A stretch of 45,264 bases of DNA from Thiobacillaceae bacterium (lineage in GTDB: Bacteria > Pseudomonadota > Gammaproteobacteria > Burkholderiales > Thiobacillaceae). Positions 38,699 through 45,264 of the stretch are shown piece by piece. The stretch covers positions 1 through 45,264 of the forward strand of contig JBGSHR010000238.1 in NCBI GenBank assembly GCA_041752155.1, given 5' to 3'. Position 1 is the stretch's first letter, and each line of letters starts with the position of its first letter. Made by a program: the position numbers and the translations under genes. Under the pieces are notes generated by a model. It made no database searches. It worked only from the letters and a program-made list of their open reading frames with translations, and had not been told where the DNA came from.

Positions 38699-39109
38699 AT
38701 GCTGAGCAAGATCGATAACGAACTCGCCTTTGTCCAATCCGCCCTGGATCTGCGGGCGCGTCGCCAGGAGATTCTGGCGGCCAACATCGCCAACGCGGAT
38801 ACCCCCAATTACAAGGCGCGGGATCTGGACTTCGCCGCCGCCCTCAAAGGCGCCATGGGAAGCGCCAACGGCCCCCTGAAGCTAAGCCAAACCTCCTCGC
38901 GCCATCTCTCGTCGATGGACCTTGCGGGCGGCATGGCAGCGACCCTGAAATACCGTTCCGTGGTGCAGCCGAGCATCGACGGCAACACGGTGGACCCGGA
39001 CGTGGAGCGTGCCCATTTCGCCGACAACGCCCTGCATTACCAGTTTCTGCTGGATCGGGCCGGCGGCGCATTCAAGACCATGTCCATGGCCTTGGCCCCG
39101 AACCAGTAA
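38699..39109 (+). CDS. flgB: Flagellar basal-body rod protein FlgB
   Basis: MLSKIDNELAFVQSALDLRARRQEILAANIANADTPNYKARD, with a GGAG SD. ATG 38699 is preferred over the ORF-track start at 38636. Confidence 0.93.
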   Translation: MLSKIDNELAFVQSALDLRARRQEILAANIANADTPNYKARDLDFAAALKGAMGSANGPLKLSQTSSRHLSSMDLAGGMAATLKYRSVVQPSIDGNTVDPDVERAHFADNALHYQFLLDRAGGAFKTMSMALAPNQ

Positions 39110-39119
39110 GGAGCGTTGA

Positions 39120-39533
39120 ATGTCCCTGACCAACGTGTTCCAGATCGCCGCCTCGGCCTTGAGCGCCCAGTCCATGCGCCTCAACGCCGTGGCCTCCAAC
39201 CTGGCCAATGCCGATTCCGCCCATGCTTCCACTGGCGAGGGCTACAAGGCCAAGCAGGTGGTGTTCCAGGCCGTGGCGGTAAACAAGAGCGCGCCCTGGG
39301 CGCCCGGCGTGCGCATGAAGGAGGTGGTGGAAGACACCTCCCCCGCCAGGCTGGTGTACGACCCCAAGCATCCCCTGGCGAATGGCCAGGGCTATGTTGC
39401 CTACCCCAACGTGGACCCGGTGGAGGAGATGGTCAACATGATCTCCGCCTCCCGCTCCTATCAGACCAACGTGGAAGTGATGAGCACGGCCAAAAGCCTG
39501 CTCCAGCGCACCCTGGCCATTGCCCAAAGTTAA
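39120..39533 (+). CDS. flgC: Flagellar basal-body rod protein FlgC
   Basis: 137 aa. ASALSAQSMRLNAVASNLANADS...SNVDPVEEMVNMISASRSYQTNVEV. Confidence 0.95.
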   Translation: MSLTNVFQIAASALSAQSMRLNAVASNLANADSAHASTGEGYKAKQVVFQAVAVNKSAPWAPGVRMKEVVEDTSPARLVYDPKHPLANGQGYVAYPNVDPVEEMVNMISASRSYQTNVEVMSTAKSLLQRTLAIAQS

Positions 39534-39549
39534 CAAGGAGGACTGAACC

Positions 39550-40200
39550 ATGTCCGTAGCCGCCGTAGCGAGTGATAGCACCCAGACCGCAGGTCTGACC
39601 GGAAAGACGGCCACCGCCGCTCAGGAGATGAGTGATCGTTTCCTCAAGCTCCTGGTGACCCAGCTCAAGAATCAGGACCCCATGAACCCCATGGACAACG
39701 CCGAGCTCACCAGCCAACTGGCGCAGATGTCCACGGTGGAGGGGGTCAACAAGCTCAACGAGAGCCTGTCCAGCTTCGTCAAGTCCAGCCAGGCGCTACA
39801 GGGCGGTTCCCTGGTGGGGCATACGGTGTTGACGGAAGGCGATGTGTTGGAGCTGACCAGTGCCGGGGCGGCGGGGGGCATGGAGCTGGCGTCCGCGGCG
39901 GATAGCGTCAAAGTCGATGTGGTGGATAGCGACGGCAACGTGGTCAAGACCCTTGATCTGGGCAAGCAGGATGCGGGCTTGGTGCGCTTCGCCTGGGATG
40001 GCAAGGACAAGGATGGCGTCCGGCTTACGGATGGGGAATACGCCTTCAAGGTGCAAGCCACCGCCGCCGGCAAGGATGTGGAGGCTACCCCCTATGGCCT
40101 GGGCAGCGTGCTGAGCGTGACCCTCAACGATAGCGGTATGACCGCGGAAGTGGCGGGCCTGGGCATGCGCGGCCTCGATCAGATCAAGCAGATTTTCTAA
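39550..40200 (+). CDS. flgD: Flagellar hook-capping/assembly protein FlgD
   Basis: FLKLLVTQLKNQDPMNPMDNAELTSQLAQMSTVEG, followed by a FlgD Ig-like C-terminal domain. Confidence 0.94.
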   Translation: MSVAAVASDSTQTAGLTGKTATAAQEMSDRFLKLLVTQLKNQDPMNPMDNAELTSQLAQMSTVEGVNKLNESLSSFVKSSQALQGGSLVGHTVLTEGDVLELTSAGAAGGMELASAADSVKVDVVDSDGNVVKTLDLGKQDAGLVRFAWDGKDKDGVRLTDGEYAFKVQATAAGKDVEATPYGLGSVLSVTLNDSGMTAEVAGLGMRGLDQIKQIF

Positions 40201-40212
40201 GGAGTCGAAGAG

Positions 40213-41496
40213 ATGAGTTTCCAGCAAGGTTTGAGCGGTCTTAACGGCGCCTCGGTTAATCTGGATGTGATCGGCAACAACATCGCCAATGCCTCCACGG
40301 TGGGTTACAAAAGCAGTACCGCCCAGTTTGCCGATGTCTACGCCACTTCCCTCTCGGGAGGGGGGGGCTTGCAGGTGGGTATCGGCTCCAAAGTGGCGGA
40401 TGTGGCGCAAAAGTTCACCCAGGGCAATATCAGCGTCACCAACTCGCCGCTGGACCTCGCCATCAGCGGCGAAGGCTTTTTTCAGGTGGAACAGGCCGGT
40501 GCGCTCTCGTATACGCGCAATGGCCAGTTCAACATGGACAAAGACGGCTACATCGTCAACAACACGGGGCAAAGACTGACGGGCTGGGGCCTGGATGCCT
40601 CTGGCAATATCGTTGGTGGCGCTCCCGTTTCCATCCAGCTTTCACTGGCCCCGTCTCCACCCAATGCGACTACGGCGGCCACCCTGACCGCGAACCTGGA
40701 TGCCGGCAGCACGCTGATCCCCGGCGCCACCGCGATCAATCCATCCAACGCCACGACTTTCAACCATACCACTTCGGTAACGGTCTACGACAATGGGGGC
40801 AATGCCCAGGGTCTGGTGCTCTATTTCCAGCACAACTCGGTGACCACCGGCGCCACTCCCACCTCAAGCTGGACCGTGGCCGGCTATGTGAACGGCACCC
40901 AAGTGGATATGAACGGGGCCGCCGCCGGCATGAACATGAGCATGGTGTTCGATGGCACGGGCTCGCTGGATGCCGCCGCCGGCATCAACGGCGCCGCGCC
41001 CGCCGCGGTCACGGTGGCGATTCCCGCCAGCGTTCTGGGGACTGGCGCCAATGCCTTGAACCCGACATTGGACATGACCGCCTTCAGCCAATACGGCAGC
41101 ACCTTCAGTGTTTCCTATCTGGCCCAGGACGGCTATTCCTCCGGCCGTCTCGCCGGCCTGTCGGTTTCCAAGGACGGATTGATCCAGGGCCGATACACCA
41201 ATGGCCAGAGCACGAACCTGGGACAAGTCGTCACCCACAGCTTCCTCAATCCGGGCGGTTTGCAATCCATCGGCAACAACCAGTGGGTGCAGACCGCGGA
41301 CTCCGGCCCCTCGATTCCCGGCGCGCCGGGCACGGGGGTGCTGGGTAACCTGCAGTCCGGGGCGGTGGAAGATTCCAACGTGGACCTCACCGCCGAGTTG
41401 GTGAACCTGATCGTGGCCCAGCGCATGTACCAGGCCAACGCCCAGACCATCTCGGCCCAGAGCCAGGTTCTGCAAACCCTGGTCACCCTCCGCTAA
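40213..41496 (+). CDS. flgE: Flagellar hook protein FlgE
   Basis: MSFQQGLSGLNGASVNLDVIGNNIANASTVGYK ... VDLTAELVNLIVAQRMYQANAQ. Confidence 0.95.
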   Translation: MSFQQGLSGLNGASVNLDVIGNNIANASTVGYKSSTAQFADVYATSLSGGGGLQVGIGSKVADVAQKFTQGNISVTNSPLDLAISGEGFFQVEQAGALSYTRNGQFNMDKDGYIVNNTGQRLTGWGLDASGNIVGGAPVSIQLSLAPSPPNATTAATLTANLDAGSTLIPGATAINPSNATTFNHTTSVTVYDNGGNAQGLVLYFQHNSVTTGATPTSSWTVAGYVNGTQVDMNGAAAGMNMSMVFDGTGSLDAAAGINGAAPAAVTVAIPASVLGTGANALNPTLDMTAFSQYGSTFSVSYLAQDGYSSGRLAGLSVSKDGLIQGRYTNGQSTNLGQVVTHSFLNPGGLQSIGNNQWVQTADSGPSIPGAPGTGVLGNLQSGAVEDSNVDLTAELVNLIVAQRMYQANAQTISAQSQVLQTLVTLR

Positions 41497-41522
41497 TGGG
41501 CGAAAGGTAAACGGAGAGCCCC

Positions 41523-42266
41523 ATGGATCGCATGATCTACATCGCCATGACCGGAGCGCGGGAAGTGACGCGCCAGCAGGCGGCGGTGGCCCACAACCTG
41601 GCCAACGTCAGCACCCAGGGCTTCAAGCAGGAGTTGAACGTGTTCCGCGCCCTGCCGGTGGTGGGGGAGGGCGCCAAGACCCGGGCCTTCGTCATCGAGA
41701 CCACGCCGCGCACCGACTTCACTCAGGGCGCCATCCAGCAGACCGGCCGTCCCCTGGACGTGGCCTTGCGCGGGCCGGGCTGGATCGCCGTGCAGGATGG
41801 CAACGGCCAGGAGGCCTATACCCGCATGGGTAGCCTGCAAACCAGCCAGAACGGTGTGCTGCAAACCACCAGTGGTCTCAATGTCCAGGGCGATGGCGGT
41901 CCCTTGGCGGTGCCGCCGGACCAGGATGTCCTCATCGGCAAGGACGGCACCGTCTCCACCGTGCCCATCGGCCAGGGCCTCAATGCGGTGGCCATCGCCG
42001 GCCGCATCAAGCTGGTCAATCCGCCGGAAGCCGACCTGATGCGCGGAGAGGACGGGCTGTTCCGCCTCAAGAGCGGCCAGCCGGCGCCGGCCGAAGCCAA
42101 CGTGACGCTGGTGGCCGGGGCCTTGGAAACCAGCAACGTCAATCCCGCCGAGGCCATGGTGAACATGGTGAGCCTGGCACGCCAGTTCGAGATGCAGACG
42201 CGCATCTTGCGCACCGCCGAAGACAACGCCAAAAGCGCCGACAAAGTGCTGTCCCTGTCCTCTTGA
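41523..42266 (+). CDS. flgF: Flagellar basal-body rod protein FlgF
   Basis: MDRMIYIAMTGAREVTRQQAAVAHNLANVSTQGFK ... SNVNPAEAMVNMVSLARQFE. Confidence 0.94.
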   Translation: MDRMIYIAMTGAREVTRQQAAVAHNLANVSTQGFKQELNVFRALPVVGEGAKTRAFVIETTPRTDFTQGAIQQTGRPLDVALRGPGWIAVQDGNGQEAYTRMGSLQTSQNGVLQTTSGLNVQGDGGPLAVPPDQDVLIGKDGTVSTVPIGQGLNAVAIAGRIKLVNPPEADLMRGEDGLFRLKSGQPAPAEANVTLVAGALETSNVNPAEAMVNMVSLARQFEMQTRILRTAEDNAKSADKVLSLSS

Positions 42267-42279
42267 TGAGACCTGAATA

Positions 42280-43065
42280 ATGCTTAGATCACTGCACATC
42301 GCCCGTACCGGCCTGGAAGCCCAGCAAACCCAGCTGGACGTGATCTCCAACAACCTGGCCAACGCCTCGACCACCGGCTTCAAGCGTGCCCGGGCGGTGT
42401 TTGAAGACCTGCTGTACCAGATCATCCGCCAACCCGGCGCCCAGTCGTCCCAGCAGACTCAGTTGCCCTCGGGCTTCCAATTGGGCGTGGGCGTGCAAAC
42501 GGTGGCGACCGAGCGCATCTTTACCCAGGGCAGCCTGCAGCAGACCGGCAATGCCCTGGACGTGGCGATCCAGGGACGCGGGTTTTTACAGATCCAGTTG
42601 CCGGACGGTTCCCTGGCCTATACCCGCGATGGCTCCTTCCAGGTGGACAACCAGGGCACCCTGGTCACCGCCAGCGGTTATTCCGTGCAACCCACCATGC
42701 AGATACCCGCCGACTCCTTGGCGGTGACCATCGCCCGGGACGGGGTGGTGTCCGTGACCCAGCCGGGCAGTCCCAATACCGTGACCCAGCTGGGCCAGAT
42801 CCAGTTGGCCGGTTTCATCAATCCGGCCGGCCTGCAGAGCCAGGGCGAGAACCTGTTCGTCGAGACCGCCGCTTCCGGCTCGCCCCAGGTCAACAACCCC
42901 GGCACCAACGGGCTGGGCACCCTCAACCAGACCTTTGTCGAGACCTCCAACGTGAACGTGGCCGAGGAGCTGGTGAACATGATCATCGCCCAGCGTGCCT
43001 ACGAATTGAATTCCCGCGCCATCACCACTTCCGACCAGATGCTGCAGCGTCTGACTCAGCTCTGA
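42280..43065 (+). CDS. flgG: Flagellar basal-body distal rod protein FlgG
   Basis: [35 protein letters not shown] ... [24 protein letters not shown]. Confidence 0.96.
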   Translation: MLRSLHIARTGLEAQQTQLDVISNNLANASTTGFKRARAVFEDLLYQIIRQPGAQSSQQTQLPSGFQLGVGVQTVATERIFTQGSLQQTGNALDVAIQGRGFLQIQLPDGSLAYTRDGSFQVDNQGTLVTASGYSVQPTMQIPADSLAVTIARDGVVSVTQPGSPNTVTQLGQIQLAGFINPAGLQSQGENLFVETAASGSPQVNNPGTNGLGTLNQTFVETSNVNVAEELVNMIIAQRAYELNSRAITTSDQMLQRLTQL

Positions 43066-43100
43066 TGAGGGAAGAAAGGCAAGGGGTCAGGAGAGCAATC

Positions 43101-43781
43101 ATGCGCACATGCTTCGCCGCTTTCGCCCTGCTTACGCTTTTGGCCGGCTGTGCCATGGCGCCCGCCACCGCCATCCAGCAGCCCCTGAACATCCACCCGC
43201 CGGTGTCCAATCTGGAGCAGGTCAATACCGGCGCCATCTTCCAGGCCGGAGCGAATCGCCCCAAACCCGGCCTGGCCCTGTTCGAGGACCACAGGGCTCG
43301 CTATGTGGGCGATACCCTCACGGTGAATCTGGTGGAGAAGACCGAGGCCAAGCGCAAGTCGGAAACCACCGACGAGCGCAAGGCCAATGCCAACGTCAAC
43401 ATACCCGGGCCGGTCATTCTCGGGCAGGCGCGCGGTATCGGTGCCACCGCCTGGAATCCTTCCGCCGCCGCCAAGCAGGAATTCAAGGACAACGAAACCA
43501 ATTCCAATAGCGTGACCGGTTCCATCACGGTCACCGTGGTGGACGTGTTGCCCAATGGCAATCTGCTGGTGGGGGGCGAAAAGCAGGTGGCCATCAACAA
43601 CGACACGGAATACATCCGCCTGGCGGGCGTGGTGGATCCCAACCAGATCAGCTCGAGAAACAGCATCAATTCCACCCAGCTGGCCAATGTGCAGTTCGAG
43701 TCCAAGAACAGCCAGAGCCTGGACAAGGCCCAGGTCGTGAGCATGTTGGCGCGCTTTTTTCTGACGGTCTTGCCGTTCTGA
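43101..43781 (+). CDS. flgH: Flagellar L-ring lipoprotein FlgH
   Basis: MRTCFAAFALLTLLAGC (lipobox), with GGAGA SD. The body contains SLFEDHRARYVGDTLTV...ITVTVVDVLPNGNLLVGGEKQV. Confidence 0.93.
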   Translation: MRTCFAAFALLTLLAGCAMAPATAIQQPLNIHPPVSNLEQVNTGAIFQAGANRPKPGLALFEDHRARYVGDTLTVNLVEKTEAKRKSETTDERKANANVNIPGPVILGQARGIGATAWNPSAAAKQEFKDNETNSNSVTGSITVTVVDVLPNGNLLVGGEKQVAINNDTEYIRLAGVVDPNQISSRNSINSTQLANVQFESKNSQSLDKAQVVSMLARFFLTVLPF

Positions 43782-43791
43782 GGATGCCATC

Positions 43792-44871
43792 ATGAAACGC
43801 CTGCTCATCGCTCTGCTGTTCGCCTGCCTGTCCCTACCGGCCCTGGCTGAGCGCATCAAGGACATCGCCAATATCGACGGCATCCGCAGCAACCAGGTCG
43901 TCGGCTACGGCGTGGTGGTGGGCCTGGACAATACCGGCGACAGCTCGATCCTGACCTCCCAGGGCCTGACCAACCTCATGGGCAACCTGGGCCTCGCCCC
44001 GGGCCAGAACCTGGCCAACAAGAATGCCGCCTCGGTCATGGTCACCGCCACGCTGCCGCCGTTCGTCAAACCCGGCCAGACCATAGACGTGACCATTTCC
44101 GCGCTGGGTGGCTCCAAGAGCCTGCGCGGCGGCACCTTGCTCATGACGCCTCTCAAGGGCGCCGACGGCCAGATCTATGCCATGGCCCAGGGCAACCTCC
44201 TGGTGGGTGGGGTCGGCGCCTCCGCCGGCGGTTCCTCGACCCAGATCAACCACCTGTCCGCCGGGCGCATTCCCTCCGGGGCGACGGTGGAACGGGCCGT
44301 TCCCACCCGCGTCGGGCAGGGCGACTTCATCATGCTGGAACTGAAAGAAGCCGATTTCACCACCGCCACCCGTACCAGCGCCGCCATCGAACGCAATTTC
44401 GGCCGTGGCGTGGCCATTCCCCTGGATGGCCGCGTGATCCAGGTGCGGGCGCCGACGGACCCGGGCCAGCGCGTGATGTTCCTGTCCCAGCTGGAAAACC
44501 TGAACCTCAATCCCGGCTCGCCCACCCCCAAGGTCATCATCAATGCCCGCACCGGTTCCATCGTCATGAACCAGTTGGTGGAGGTGGAGAAATGCGCCAT
44601 CGCCCACGGCAATCTCTCCGTCACCATCACCGCCGAGTCCCAGGTGTCCCAGCCCAACCCCTTGTCCGACGGCCAGACCGTGGTGACCCAGAAGGCGGAC
44701 GTGCAGATCAAGAGCGAGGACGGCGAGTTGGTGGTGGTGCCGTCCTCCGCCTCCCTCAATGAAGTGGTGAAGGCCCTCAATGCCGTGGGCGCCACGCCCC
44801 AGGATCTGCTCTCCATCCTTCAGGCCATGAAGGCGGCCGGCGCGCTCAAGGCCGAGCTGGAGGTGATCTGA
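43792..44871 (+). CDS. flgI: Flagellar P-ring protein FlgI
   Basis: Signal peptide, then RIKDIANIDGIRSNQVVGYGVVVGLDNTGD ... LLSILQAMKAAGALKAELEVI. Confidence 0.96.
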   Translation: MKRLLIALLFACLSLPALAERIKDIANIDGIRSNQVVGYGVVVGLDNTGDSSILTSQGLTNLMGNLGLAPGQNLANKNAASVMVTATLPPFVKPGQTIDVTISALGGSKSLRGGTLLMTPLKGADGQIYAMAQGNLLVGGVGASAGGSSTQINHLSAGRIPSGATVERAVPTRVGQGDFIMLELKEADFTTATRTSAAIERNFGRGVAIPLDGRVIQVRAPTDPGQRVMFLSQLENLNLNPGSPTPKVIINARTGSIVMNQLVEVEKCAIAHGNLSVTITAESQVSQPNPLSDGQTVVTQKADVQIKSEDGELVVVPSSASLNEVVKALNAVGATPQDLLSILQAMKAAGALKAELEVI

Positions 44872-44872
44872 C

Positions 44873-45264
44873 ATGCTGGCCATGCATGACACCCTGGCCG
44901 TCGATGTGGCGGATGCCCAGGCCCTCAAGGCCAAGGCCGCCAGCGGCGACAAGGAAGCCTTGCGTGGCGCGGCCCGGCAGTTCGAGTCCCTGATGGTGGC
45001 GCAGATGCTCAAGACCATGCGCGAGACCCGCTTCAACGACGAGGACGATCCCATGACGGGGGGCGACGGCCTCAAGCTCTACCAGGAACTGCTGGACCAG
45101 CAGTGGGCCGCCCGCATGTCCAGCGGCAAGGGCCTGGGCTTCGCCGAGATGATGGTGAAGGCCATGGAACGGAGTGCCGGCGTGCAGCCATCCGGGGCAT
45201 CCGCTGCAACGCCCGGTACAGCCGGCGTGATGCTGCCGCGGGCGGCCCCTCCCGCAGCGCCGGT
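44873..45264 (+). CDS. flgJ: Flagellar rod-assembly protein FlgJ, N-terminal rod-binding domain (partial, continues beyond the window)
   Basis: The ATG lies 1 nt after the flgI stop. AARQFESLMVAQMLKTMRET...LYQELLDQQWAARMS..GLGFAEMM is the FlgJ/rod-binding motif. There is no stop codon before the window end. Confidence 0.88.
   Translation, partial: MLAMHDTLAVDVADAQALKAKAASGDKEALRGAARQFESLMVAQMLKTMRETRFNDEDDPMTGGDGLKLYQELLDQQWAARMSSGKGLGFAEMMVKAMERSAGVQPSGASAATPGTAGVMLPRAAPPAAP

Noticed and set aside
43834-45075. 413-aa ORF antisense to flgI/flgJ
   Set aside because: It is a shadow ORF spanning two bona fide flagellar genes.

Overview
This is a GC-rich proteobacterial chromosome segment. The gene order and the tmRNA tag ANDETYALAA fit a beta- or gamma-proteobacterium. 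Most of the window is conserved housekeeping synteny: metG; tRNA-Val, then thrS-infC-rpmI-rplT-pheS-pheT-ihfA-merR; tRNA-Pro, then surE-pcm-nlpD-rpoS; aminotransferase-hom-thrC; lplT; LysR-ubiG-gph; and ssrA (tmRNA). The right end carries a sigma-54-driven flagellar rod/hook/ring operon, flgBCDEFGHI plus a partial flgJ. The non-housekeeping part lies between ssrA and flgB (about 27.6-38.5 kb). (1) A secreted calcineurin-like/PAP-type phosphoesterase carries four tandem SKICH-like beta-sandwich repeats and a C-terminal dockerin-like module. It is preceded by phased Pho-box-like repeats and followed by a PEP-CTERM-anchored protein with a cohesin-like domain. I read this as a candidate exosortase-dependent cohesin-dockerin surface-display pair, and it is the most interesting item in the window. 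(2) A HupE/UreJ-like membrane protein has an extra periplasmic domain and is followed by two tandem DUF1566 paralogs. (3) A lipoprotein solute-binding protein is translationally coupled to a PAS-GGDEF-EAL sensor in an NspS/MbaA-like arrangement, directly upstream of the flagellar operon. A second unexplained module is a GCS2-type carboxylate-amine ligase coupled to an M14/AstE-type hydrolase (11.5-13.9 kb), preceded by an unexplained 353-nt gap. All family assignments come from reading the translated ORFs and recalling motifs. No database search was run. No CRISPR array, IS element, integrase or obvious defence system was seen. The many long antisense ORFs in the track are GC-rich shadow frames.
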